This document shows positions 18,258 through 26,520 of a stretch of 48,151 nucleotides of DNA, piece after piece; positions within the stretch are counted from its first letter, which is position 1, and each line of letters starts with the position of its first letter. The position numbers were made by a program, and so were the translations under genes. The DNA comes from a virus (taxonomy: Duplodnaviria; Caudoviricetes). Below the pieces are notes generated by a model that worked only from the letters and a program-made list of their open reading frames with translations, was not told where the DNA came from and made no database searches. Location: the IMG/VR virus record IMGVR_UViG_3300042348_000540, positions 1 to 48,151 of that record, one strand, 5' to 3'.

Positions 18258-18363
18258 TCTCTTAGGTTAGCTTGTAGCTATATCTAGTGTAGTCTTAGAC
18301 ATCTAAAACACCTTGTGTTGGTGTTCTTCTTTGTGTATCCTGCATGTCCTTCGGGGGAAGAAG

Positions 18364-20079
18364 ATGCAAGCCATTGAAAAAGAATACATCCTAGCAAGAG
18401 CTAAGGATGGACAGACTCGGGTAGCCTGCCCTGCCTGTGGACCGGACAGGAAAACCAAGAATGATCCTACCCTTTCCATCAAGCAGGATGCGGCGGGCAT
18501 CCTCTGGAATTGCCACCACTGCGGCGTCAACGGTTCGATGGGAAGAGGTGGCAAGGTGACTGCGGTTGTCCCGATCAAGACCTACACGACCGGCGATCTG
18601 GATTTCGCTGGCCTGGACTACATGGCAGACCGGGGCATCTCCGATGAGACAGCTAAGTCTCTCGGCGTTTGCTCAGGCAGGAAGTTCTTCAAGAAATCTG
18701 CGACCGAGTTGGATGCGGTCGGCTTCCCCTACCGGCATCAAGGTAGGGTGACGGCGATCAAGTGGCGGTCCATCTCCACCAAAGAGTTTACCCAGGACGG
18801 CAGCGCACAGACCCTGTTCCTGGCTGACAAGATCGAGCCGGGGCAGGATATCGTCATCACCGAAGGTGAGATCGACGCCCTGTCCTTCTGGGAGGCAGGC
18901 ATCCCTGCCCTGTCCATCCCGTCCGGGGCTCTGTCCGAAGGCGCCGCCGACGATACTGCCCGTCTGAAATGGCTGTCGCATCATGACGAACTAATCAAGG
19001 CAGCGCCCAATGTCTTCCTTGCGGTGGACATGGACGGGCCGGGCGAGACCACCGCACAGGAACTGGCTCGCCGTATCGGTAAGCTGAAGTGCTGGCGCGT
19101 CTCCTTCCCTCATGGCAGCAAGGACGCCAACGACGTTCTGCTGAAGGCAGGCAAGGAAGCTCTCGCCAAGTGCAAGGCTGATGCGGCACGCTGGCCGGTC
19201 GAAGGCTTGGCCTCACCGGCTGACTTCATGGACAAGGTGCAGACCCTTTACCGGGATGGCCTGCCCCGAGGCGCCAGCACTGGCTGGTCCAACGTGGACG
19301 AACTGTTCACGCTGAACCCTGGCAATCTCGTCATCGTCACGGGCACGCCCGGCTCAGGCAAATCCCAGATCATCGACAACATGCTGGTCAGCGCGATGGC
19401 TCGCTATAACTGGCGTGTCGCCTATGCCAGCTTTGAGAATCCGCCCGAGCTTCACCTTGCCAAGCTCATCTCTCTCCGGGCAGGCAAGCCCTTCGGGGAT
19501 GGGCCGACGCCCCGGATGAGTGAGGACGAGATGCTTGAAGCCCTTGGCTGGGTGAATGAGCATCTGACCTTCCTCACCAACGAAGGCGTGATGCCGACCG
19601 TCGAAAGCCTTATCGAAAGGTTTGAGGCTGCGGTTCGCCGGGATGGGGTGAAGGCCGTAGTCGTGGACCCCGTGAACTTCATCAAGCTCAGTCAGAAAAA
19701 AGACGGCGGCGTTGATACTGAAAGTGTTAACGAGATGCTGTCTCAGTTTAAGACGTTCGCAGCACGGGCAGAAGTTACCTTCTTCTTGATCGCCCACCCG
19801 GCCAAGCCCATGAATGTTTCGGCTGACTGGGTTCCGACCGGCTACTCCATCTCGGGTTCTGCCCACTACTACAATCGTGCGGACTTCGGGCTTACCATCC
19901 AGCGCAAGATGGATCAGACCATCTTCCATGTGTGGAAGTGCCGCTTTGCATGGCAGGGGCAGATTGGTGAAGCCAACCTCTACTACGACAAGGCGACCGG
20001 CCTCTTCTCAGAAACCCAGGGCGAGACGCAGGATGACAAGCTTTGGCTGAAGGGTTTCGATGAGGTCTACAATTTCTGA
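18364..20079 (+). CDS. Bifunctional DNA primase-helicase (T7 gp4/Twinkle-like)
   Basis: Zn-binding CPAC...CHHC, TOPRIM (ITEGEIDALS, DMDGPG, KDAND), SF4 helicase Walker A GTPGSGKS, VVVDP, AHP, ISGS, K.RF. Confidence 0.93.
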   Translation: MQAIEKEYILARAKDGQTRVACPACGPDRKTKNDPTLSIKQDAAGILWNCHHCGVNGSMGRGGKVTAVVPIKTYTTGDLDFAGLDYMADRGISDETAKSLGVCSGRKFFKKSATELDAVGFPYRHQGRVTAIKWRSISTKEFTQDGSAQTLFLADKIEPGQDIVITEGEIDALSFWEAGIPALSIPSGALSEGAADDTARLKWLSHHDELIKAAPNVFLAVDMDGPGETTAQELARRIGKLKCWRVSFPHGSKDANDVLLKAGKEALAKCKADAARWPVEGLASPADFMDKVQTLYRDGLPRGASTGWSNVDELFTLNPGNLVIVTGTPGSGKSQIIDNMLVSAMARYNWRVAYASFENPPELHLAKLISLRAGKPFGDGPTPRMSEDEMLEALGWVNEHLTFLTNEGVMPTVESLIERFEAAVRRDGVKAVVVDPVNFIKLSQKKDGGVDTESVNEMLSQFKTFAARAEVTFFLIAHPAKPMNVSADWVPTGYSISGSAHYYNRADFGLTIQRKMDQTIFHVWKCRFAWQGQIGEANLYYDKATGLFSETQGETQDDKLWLKGFDEVYNF

Positions 20080-20116
20080 CAACGGTTAGCCTCACCGTTG
20101 GCCGCAAAGTTTTGTG

Positions 20117-20145
20117 TTGCACTAGGCTTCGATGCACACTATGTT
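20117..20145 (+). promoter_or_regulatory. Sigma70-like promoter with no downstream ORF on the same strand
   Basis: TTGCAC-17 bp-TATGTT, preceded by the same TTTTGTG context as the 8529 promoter. Confidence 0.45.
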
Positions 20146-20151
20146 GCCTTT

Positions 20152-20317
20152 GCTCCGGGACCAATGGACCCGTCAAGCTTGGGTAGGTCCCCCGACCTCG
20201 TAATCCCAGGCAGCCAAGGCAAAGCGTGAGCCTTGGCCTACTTCCCTCAGCCGAATACGATGCAGACATTACGGGCGACCCCTCTGCACCTCATGGTGTA
20301 CGGGTCGCTTTTCGTTT
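20152..20317 (+). ncRNA. Candidate ~165-nt structured small RNA
   Basis: Bounded by a promoter-like and a terminator-like element, with several stems (see findings). Confidence 0.45.
20275..20317 (+). terminator. Intrinsic terminator
   Basis: GCGACCC...TGCACC-TCAT-GGTGTA..GGGTCGC followed by TTTTCGTTT. Confidence 0.6.
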
Positions 20318-20320
20318 GAC

Positions 20321-20716
20321 CTACTTCCCCTTCAGCCTTTGAAGTTCTGCCACAGCGAACAATGGATCGCGGTGCTGGATGATGACCTCAATCCGTGGGT
20401 TGGCCTTGTCTATGCAGTGATAGACATGGCGCTCCCGGACCTGTCTGTCATTCTTGTAGACCTTGCCCTGGAGCAGATCGAGGATAAGGCTTTCGTCTAG
20501 ATCGGGGCGCTGGCTGGCATAGTAAATCCAGAGGTCCATCCGTAGCTCGCCCTCAAGCAAGGGGTCGAGTGGCCGCACCTGTAACAGAAAGTCACGGGCA
20601 TAGCCGCGAGCTTTGTCCGACTTGATGGAGGCAGGCCGGTTGCCGAACAGCACAAGCTTGCGACTGTTGGCCTTACTGGCTGGCTCGCCATAGACCACAA
20701 GATGCACGGGCTTCAT
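20321..20716 (-). CDS. rusA: RusA-like Holliday junction resolvase
   Basis: G.P.SKAN...RPDLD...ILDLLQG.VY.NDRQV...PRIEV. Confidence 0.8.
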   Translation of the reverse strand: MKPVHLVVYGEPASKANSRKLVLFGNRPASIKSDKARGYARDFLLQVRPLDPLLEGELRMDLWIYYASQRPDLDESLILDLLQGKVYKNDRQVRERHVYHCIDKANPRIEVIIQHRDPLFAVAELQRLKGK

Positions 20717-20833
20717 GGCCCAATCATGCGCAACATATTGTGCCTAATCAAGCGCACTCATCGCCCAACTTTTTTATGCCTAAGTCAACGATACCCAGTT
20801 GATCTGGGGCAGAATACATGTATCTTAGAGTGC

Positions 20834-21718
20834 ATGGCGAACATCACCAACAACCACAACCTACCGCAGACGCTGGTCAATCTCGCACTGCGAGACACCT
20901 ATAGCCGGGGCAATGCGAACATCTCAGTGACCGAGCTTATCGGCTCTCCTCGTATTCGCATCCTCCGTAGTGAGAAGCGGAAGGAGATCGTCACTGATGT
21001 CTCTGAACTCCTGTGGCCGCTGCTGGGTCGCGCCCTCCACAATGTCGTGGAGCAGGGCGCCGATGAGCAGCACGTTGCAGAGGAGCGCCTGTTCACTGAG
21101 GTTGCAGGCTGGCGCCTAAGCGGCGGCATTGATCTGCAAATCCTGGGCACGGGCGCCGATGGCGAACGTCAGGTTGCCATCTCCGACTACAAGATGACGA
21201 CGGCATGGGCTGTCATGAACCCAAAGCCCGACTGGGAACGTCAGCTTAATTGCTATGCCTACCTTGCTGAGAAGCTTCGTGGCTGGACGGTAGTTGGCCT
21301 GACGATCAACGCTGTCGTCCGCGACTGGAACAAGCACGAGGCCGAGCGGCGCGAGGGTTATCCTGCCGTCCCTCTTGTTGTTCTGCCCCAAACACTCTGG
21401 TCGTTCGCTGAACGCGAGCGATACGTCACTGAGCGTATGGCTCTTCATCAGGATGCGGAACGCCGCTTCGACTGGGGTGAGCCAATGCCTGAATGCACCG
21501 ACGAAGAACGTTGGTTCAGACCCGGTAAGCTGGCCGTGATGAAAGAAGGCCGCGTCCGGGCGCTGAGGTTGTTCAACACGCACGAGAGAGAAGAGGCCGA
21601 AGAATATGCGAGAGAAAATAAGGGCTACATTGAAGAGCGCCCTGGAGAGAACACGCGCTGCGATAGCTACTGTCAGGTCGCGCGCTGGTGCGACCAATAC
21701 GCACGGCTCAAGGCGTGA
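20834..21718 (+). CDS. PD-(D/E)XK exonuclease (RecB/Cas4-like)
   Basis: S.T.L, G.A.H, E.RL, LSG.ID, DYK, QLN.Y motifs and C-terminal C...RC.YC...C cysteines. Confidence 0.8.
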   Translation: MANITNNHNLPQTLVNLALRDTYSRGNANISVTELIGSPRIRILRSEKRKEIVTDVSELLWPLLGRALHNVVEQGADEQHVAEERLFTEVAGWRLSGGIDLQILGTGADGERQVAISDYKMTTAWAVMNPKPDWERQLNCYAYLAEKLRGWTVVGLTINAVVRDWNKHEAERREGYPAVPLVVLPQTLWSFAERERYVTERMALHQDAERRFDWGEPMPECTDEERWFRPGKLAVMKEGRVRALRLFNTHEREEAEEYARENKGYIEERPGENTRCDSYCQVARWCDQYARLKA

Positions 21719-21811
21719 CTGGGGAGCCGCCGCTGTTGCCCTGCTCCTGATCTTCCTTGGTGGTTTCTTCGGCAGCTTGGCTGCTGGCGTGATTATCCGC
21801 TGGCTCTTCCA

Positions 21812-22039
21812 ATGAAGATCACCAAGCAAGTCAGAGAGTACATCGCTCTTGCCGTCCAAGACCTCGATGATGCTGGAATCCCCTGGCAGATCGAGCTTGG
21901 AAGGAAGCACCACAAGTTACTCTACGAAGTTGATGGAAAGGGATGGACCATGACTGTCTCAGCCAGTCCGTCTGATAAGCGATCCGCTCTCAACTTCCGA
22001 AGCCAAGTCCGCAACTCCATTCGCAATAGGGCAGCATGA
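21812..22039 (+). CDS. HicA-like fold small protein
   Basis: GRKHHKL....G...TVSASPSDKR...N pattern. Confidence 0.5.
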   Translation: MKITKQVREYIALAVQDLDDAGIPWQIELGRKHHKLLYEVDGKGWTMTVSASPSDKRSALNFRSQVRNSIRNRAA

Positions 22040-22446
22040 CCTGGGAACGTATTGAGACATCAGCCAACAGGAACAACGGAGTGACCGTCGCTTGGCGCGT
22101 GCCGAACGGCAGGAAGAACCCGGCTCTTGCGATCTCCATGACCAAGAAGGTCGCCGCCGAAATCGCACTCGGCCCGAAGGGCAACAGAAAGGTTCTCGTT
22201 GAGCGCAACCGGATGGCAGGCAAGCTTCGGATTCGCATGGCTCCGGAGGACGCGCTTGCTCATGAATGCAGGCACGCAACTTGGAGGACCGGCGGATGCA
22301 GCATTGCCGCTCCCTTCGATGACGTGAATCTGAAGGAGAGCAAGCCAGCGCAAGATGTGCGTTGGTCTGTTGAGGACGGCTGGCTTGTCATCAAGCTCCC
22401 TCACTGGGCGTGCCCGATGATCCAAGTTTCTGGGAGAGTGGCATGA
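22036..22446 (+). CDS. Hypothetical protein
   Basis: 136 aa, ATGA-coupled. Confidence 0.55.
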   Translation: MTWERIETSANRNNGVTVAWRVPNGRKNPALAISMTKKVAAEIALGPKGNRKVLVERNRMAGKLRIRMAPEDALAHECRHATWRTGGCSIAAPFDDVNLKESKPAQDVRWSVEDGWLVIKLPHWACPMIQVSGRVA

Positions 22447-22670
22447 GAGACCACCAACTCTGTCTTTTTCTCACGTCAACGAAGCTCGCTGACTATGCGA
22501 GACGGGCAGCATCAGAAGGAAACAACCAGCGCGCCATGCGCGCCTTGGCTCTCTCTGAAGCAAAGCATCACGCATCCCTTGGCGATCATGTCGGAAAGCG
22601 GCTCGCCCTGGCCGATGCCAAGTTCCACAACCAAGCAGAAAGAAGGGGCCGAACGGTCCCGGCTGAATAG
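22443..22670 (+). CDS. Hypothetical protein
   Basis: MRDHQL... ATGA-coupled; internal repeat RALALSEAKHH / RLALADAKFH. Confidence 0.5.
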   Translation: MRDHQLCLFLTSTKLADYARRAASEGNNQRAMRALALSEAKHHASLGDHVGKRLALADAKFHNQAERRGRTVPAE

Positions 22671-22679
22671 GAGAGACAA

Positions 22680-23141
22680 GTGATTAAGAGCATGTTGAAG
22701 TTGAACAACGACGTTCGAGCAAAGGCAGGAGAGTTCCTTGTCCTGCATGAGAACGGCAACGTCTATGTCGTGGACGAGGATGCGCTGTCTTCCCTTCTCG
22801 GGGTGAAGAGCGAAAACGAAAAGCCTTGGTTGACGACCGCCAAGGAGAAGATCGAACACAAGCGGCGCAAGCCGACCAAGATGGAAGAGGTTGACGACAT
22901 GCTTCTTCGTGGTCGCCCTGTGAATGACATCGCCCTTCAGGTTGGTCTGTCTCGCAGGATCGTTGGTCTGCGTCGCGCCACGATGGTTGAGGAAGGATTG
23001 CTGCCTCCCCTGACCAAGAAGACGCCGGTTAAGCACCATTGGTACAAGAGCGCCGAGGCCCTTGAGGCGGCACGAGATCGCGCTCGTCACGCATGGCGAG
23101 TTCGTATGGAAAAGTTTGCCAAGAAGGAGACCGGCAAGTGA
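22680..23141 (+). CDS. Hypothetical protein with a possible HTH
   Basis: SD AGGAG; LRGRPVNDIALQVGLSRRIV. Confidence 0.5.
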   Translation: MIKSMLKLNNDVRAKAGEFLVLHENGNVYVVDEDALSSLLGVKSENEKPWLTTAKEKIEHKRRKPTKMEEVDDMLLRGRPVNDIALQVGLSRRIVGLRRATMVEEGLLPPLTKKTPVKHHWYKSAEALEAARDRARHAWRVRMEKFAKKETGK

Positions 23142-23175
23142 GCGATGTTCTTGGGGCGCTGACGGGCTTCTGGTG

Positions 23176-23343
23176 ATGGGCAGCGACAGAAAGCTTTGGA
23201 TCGCGGCGCTGGTGGCCGTTGCCATGCTGACCGCGATCTTCGGCGCGCTGCTTTCATACGAAGCCTACAACGCGGCTGAACTCAGAAACATTCAGTGCAT
23301 CAATCCCAATAGGGTGGTTTGCGCTTTGGAGGTACGGCGATGA
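23176..23343 (+). CDS. 55-aa single-pass membrane protein, paralog C1
   Basis: MGSDRKLWIA, a TM segment, then CINPNRVVCALEVRR. Confidence 0.55.
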   Translation: MGSDRKLWIAALVAVAMLTAIFGALLSYEAYNAAELRNIQCINPNRVVCALEVRR

Positions 23344-23567
23344 GCGGCATCTATCTGGATTCGGTCGAGGTGTGTCGCCGCCTCTCTGCTGCCTGCAAGA
23401 ATGCAGGGAGTCAGAAAGCTTTCGCTGAGAAGCACAGCCTGTCAGCGGCCTACGTCTGCGACGTATTGAACGCGCGACGTGAGCCGGGTCAGTCCATCTT
23501 GGATGCGCTTGGTCTGGTTCGTGTTGTCCGATACCGGGTCAGGTCTATTAAGAAGGGGGAAGAGTGA
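23340..23567 (+). CDS. Cro/CI-type HTH protein
   Basis: GSQKAFAEKHSLSAAYVCDVLNARREPG.SILDALGL. Confidence 0.75.
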   Translation: MSGIYLDSVEVCRRLSAACKNAGSQKAFAEKHSLSAAYVCDVLNARREPGQSILDALGLVRVVRYRVRSIKKGEE

Positions 23568-23734
23568 TGAACGGCGAGAACAAGGTGTGGATTGCCGTCA
23601 TCTGCTTGGTGGGAGTCTTTGTTGTTGGCTCCGGGGTTTTGATCTGGAACGACAGCAACCACAAAGCATCACTGCGGCATGCCGCGTGCGTCAATCCTGA
23701 CAGCGTGGCTTGCGCCCTGGCGGTGCGGCAGTGA
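23567..23734 (+). CDS. 55-aa single-pass membrane protein, paralog C2 (not in the ORF track)
   Basis: Hand translation MNGENKVWIAVICLVGVFVVGSGVLIWNDSNHKASLRHAACVNPDSVACALAVRQ; SD AAGGGGG. Confidence 0.6.
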   Translation: MNGENKVWIAVICLVGVFVVGSGVLIWNDSNHKASLRHAACVNPDSVACALAVRQ

Positions 23735-24057
23735 CGGGCCTTGATGAGAAGCCGGTCTGCTCTTGCGGACTTTACAGCGGACAGACTTGCTCTCGTCAGC
23801 CCTGCCTTCTGAGGGGCATTTCTGCTGAGGATGTGCGGCAAGCCTACCATCAGGGCGTCGCAAGCGCGACGTGGAAGTATGCGGCTCAGAATCACCAGTT
23901 TCCGCTGGTGCCGCAGATGCTGACGCCGCAGATGCCGTTCTTTCATGGCGTGATGCAGCCCGTTGGTTGCATCTGCCCGCCGGGCGCGAACAAGGAATGC
24001 GAGAACCCGGCATGTCCTCGTAAGTCTCACGTCAACGTCACGTCTTCGGGAGTTTAG
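23731..24057 (+). CDS. Cys-rich hypothetical protein
   Basis: GTG coupled to the previous stop; GCICPPGANKECENPACPR. Confidence 0.5.
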   Translation: MTGLDEKPVCSCGLYSGQTCSRQPCLLRGISAEDVRQAYHQGVASATWKYAAQNHQFPLVPQMLTPQMPFFHGVMQPVGCICPPGANKECENPACPRKSHVNVTSSGV

Positions 24058-24059
24058 GC

Positions 24060-24302
24060 ATGAACGCAGAAGAATGGGCCGACGAGATTTACGCGGCCAC
24101 CGGCATGGTGGTGAACGCCGAGCAGGCGACCGCCATCAGTAAGATGATCCTGAACGCACGCATCCTTGCGCTCGATGAAGCATGGGAAGTCATTGCAGAC
24201 AGGCCCGTGAATGAAGACGGTCTCACGTTCACCGAGATCATGAACCGCGATCAAGAGATGATGGACGCCATCAGGGCTCTGAAGAGGACCGGCTATGTCT
24301 GA
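24060..24302 (+). CDS. Hypothetical protein
   Basis: 80 aa in the coupled gene run. Confidence 0.55.
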   Translation: MNAEEWADEIYAATGMVVNAEQATAISKMILNARILALDEAWEVIADRPVNEDGLTFTEIMNRDQEMMDAIRALKRTGYV

Positions 24303-24540
24303 CGACAACGTGGTCATCCTGCCCGTGATCTCCACCCTTCCCGTCCCGGTGGGGCGCATCCTTGAGCAGGCCATGAAGGCCGATCTCAAGATGTGCATCG
24401 TCATCGGCATGAACCAAGACGAGTCTCCGTATTTCGCCAGCAGCGAACCAGACGGCGGTGACATTCTCTGGTGGATCGAGAAGACGAAGCTGGCGCTGCT
24501 TCATGTCGGCGGCGCTTGGCCTGGGACTGAGGGGCAGTAG
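24295..24540 (+). CDS. Conserved phage hypothetical protein
   Basis: NVVILPV.T.L..P..RIL......L...IVIG......YFASS..DG...LW..E. Confidence 0.6.
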   Translation: MSDDNVVILPVISTLPVPVGRILEQAMKADLKMCIVIGMNQDESPYFASSEPDGGDILWWIEKTKLALLHVGGAWPGTEGQ

Positions 24541-24542
24541 CG

Positions 24543-24965
24543 ATGGCTGATGATATCGTAGATCGGCTCTTGGCAGAGGCCGAAGGATGGCGAGAAGAGA
24601 TGCGCCCGGAGTGCGGTCGCACGCTTGATGAAGCCGCCAATGAGATCAAGCTGCTGCGTCAGGTGTGCGCTCGTCTCGCTCGTGACCTCAGCACGGCGCA
24701 AACTGACATCCTGCCCTGGATCGAGAAAGTCCAGCACCTGACAGCCACGAACATGGAACATGCTGCCGCTCTCCGACAGCAGGATGGCAAGGTGACTGTC
24801 AGCCGCGAGTTGGTTGAGAGCGTGCTTGAGGATGCTGAGGCATTTGTGGCTTCGGAGTACGTCATCAACGGTGAGGTCCACCGATCCGAACGCCGCAGAT
24901 ATTTCCGGGATATGGATGACATTTGGAAGCTGAAGGCAGAACTGAGGGAGGTGAAGGGTGAGTGA
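24543..24965 (+). CDS. Hypothetical modular protein
   Basis: MADDIVDRL...EAANEIKLLR, the same module as in the 14.7-15.7 kb genes. Confidence 0.6.
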   Translation: MADDIVDRLLAEAEGWREEMRPECGRTLDEAANEIKLLRQVCARLARDLSTAQTDILPWIEKVQHLTATNMEHAAALRQQDGKVTVSRELVESVLEDAEAFVASEYVINGEVHRSERRRYFRDMDDIWKLKAELREVKGE

Positions 24966-25236
24966 GCAGAACAACGCCGCCGCCGAACGCAGCGCCCACG
25001 TCACTCGGGGTTCTGCCCCAACGATCAAGGAGAACATCCTTGTCGAGGTGTCGAAGGGCGTCTTCCAACTGAAGGCCGTCGCTGAGGCAGAGAAGGAAGT
25101 TGCTCGTCTCCGGGCAGCACTGGAGAAGATCGCTCACTCAGCAGACTACGACACCATCGTCAGCCCCGATGGGGATCGGCACGAGATGGCAATTCAGACG
25201 GCGCTAGATGCGCTTAGGGAGAAAGGAAATGAGTGA
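24958..25236 (+). CDS. Hypothetical modular protein
   Basis: EVARLRAALEKIA...ALDALRE. Confidence 0.55.
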   Translation: MSEQNNAAAERSAHVTRGSAPTIKENILVEVSKGVFQLKAVAEAEKEVARLRAALEKIAHSADYDTIVSPDGDRHEMAIQTALDALREKGNE

Positions 25237-25399
25237 CTATGACCGGCTCTTCCGCCTGTTCGATGAGGCGATGGGCGCGTTGAAGACGCTGGCCGACGAG
25301 GCTGAGGTGAAGGGCGCGACATACGCCTCAAGGCTGATTGATGAGATGATCGACCACCTCGTGACCGCAAGGCAGGTGGTGGAGGGGGACGATGACTGA
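25229..25399 (+). CDS. Hypothetical protein
   Basis: MSDYDRL... with SD AAAGG. Confidence 0.5.
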   Translation: MSDYDRLFRLFDEAMGALKTLADEAEVKGATYASRLIDEMIDHLVTARQVVEGDDD

Positions 25400-25655
25400 T
25401 GGCGTCTATCACTGCGAGTGCGATCCGCATGGCGACAATGCCAAGTGCGACAGGCCCTGTGCGAAACCCTGGGGAGTGCCGATGAAGAACGAGCGCATCA
25501 CTACCGACTTTGCTGAGGGCTGGCGCGCTGGCTTTGAGGCAGCACGAGTGCAGCTTGAGGCTGCGGCAGAGAGGGCAATGGCCGACTACAGGTCTGTGAT
25601 GAAGGCGATGAGGGCGGTGGAAACTCCTGCCCCGACGAGAAAGGAAGAAGGATGA
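25392..25655 (+). CDS. Hypothetical protein
   Basis: 87 aa coupled ORF. Confidence 0.5.
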   Translation: MTDGVYHCECDPHGDNAKCDRPCAKPWGVPMKNERITTDFAEGWRAGFEAARVQLEAAAERAMADYRSVMKAMRAVETPAPTRKEEG

Positions 25656-25876
25656 GCGAACACGAGACGGCCAACTGCTTGGCTGACTTCAGCGAGACGG
25701 ACTTCAAGAAGTTCGCCACGAGGATCGGGGATCGGTGGTCCTTCACCCTCCCCGTTCATGAGTTGCAGAACATTGACGACCTCCTGCCAGACCATGTGCT
25801 GTCGGTGGAGAAGGTTCCCCTGTCGCCCGGTGGGGAGATCATGCTGGGCAAGCTGACGAGGAAGAAGGGAGTTTGA
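25652..25876 (+). CDS. Hypothetical protein
   Basis: 74 aa, ATGA-coupled. Confidence 0.5.
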   Translation: MSEHETANCLADFSETDFKKFATRIGDRWSFTLPVHELQNIDDLLPDHVLSVEKVPLSPGGEIMLGKLTRKKGV

Positions 25877-25878
25877 CT

Positions 25879-26127
25879 ATGAGCCATGTCTTTGATGGCG
25901 CCCCCGATGGGCGGCAGTCGAGCGACGTGAGTGAGCCTGTGAGCCGCTTTAGGCCCCGTTACCGGGCGCTTACCGACAGCGAAAAGGCTTTGCACGATGC
26001 CATCAAGTCGAAGGCTTCCGAGCTTGAGGCTTTGATCGAACAGGTGAAGCCTGGGCGCTATCGCTCCCTTGGCATCACTGCCCTTGAAGAGAGCATTATG
26101 TGGACGGTGAAGGAGCTTACTTCCTAA
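25879..26127 (+). CDS. Acb2/Tad1-like helical-hairpin protein (candidate immune-signal sponge)
   Basis: YRALTDSEK....AIK....ELEALIEQV.PGRY.SLGIT.LEE..MW resembles the Acb2 pattern YR.LS.EE...K......E.LI..V...PGRW..IG.T.....M. Confidence 0.6.
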   Translation: MSHVFDGAPDGRQSSDVSEPVSRFRPRYRALTDSEKALHDAIKSKASELEALIEQVKPGRYRSLGITALEESIMWTVKELTS

Positions 26128-26492
26128 TGAACGTGTTTGAAGAACAGGCCAAGTTCATGCTGGCCTGCGGCCAGACGGTCGGCAGGATGAACGAAGAGCA
26201 GACCGCGCTCTATGTCGGTCTCATCATGGAAGAGATGACGGAACTCTTCGAGGCTGTCGCAGAGAGAAACAAGGCAGAGATTTTTGACGCACTTCTCGAC
26301 ATCATCGTCGTGTGCATTGGGGCAGGACACTCTGCCGGTCTTCCGCTTGAGGCTGGATGGAGAGAAGTGATCCGGTCTAATATGGCAAAGGTTGATCCTG
26401 AGACCGGCTTTGTGAAAAAGCGCGCCGATGGAAAAATCTTGAAGCCTGAAGGATGGACGCCTCCTAGGCTTGCGGCACTCATCGAAAGCTGA
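26127..26492 (+). CDS. MazG/PRA-PH-like NTP pyrophosphohydrolase
   Basis: LIMEEMTEL...EIFDALLDIIVV..G...V.RSNMAK......R.DGKILKP. Confidence 0.8.
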   Translation: MNVFEEQAKFMLACGQTVGRMNEEQTALYVGLIMEEMTELFEAVAERNKAEIFDALLDIIVVCIGAGHSAGLPLEAGWREVIRSNMAKVDPETGFVKKRADGKILKPEGWTPPRLAALIES

Positions 26493-26520
26493 TAGGTTAG
26501 GCGCACTGAAGGAGAGACGA

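Noticed and set aside
20740-20747. Self-match of array spacer GTGCCTAA, and other single 8-mer matches such as TTACGAAG
   Set aside because: An 8-mer is expected about once by chance in 48 kb on two strands. I saw no adjacent match to the partner spacer, but could not scan exhaustively.
20834-21718. Cas4 as an adaptation gene for the array
   Set aside because: This nuclease type is a routine phage recombination exonuclease, lies ~7 kb from the array, and has no Cas1 or Cas2 partner
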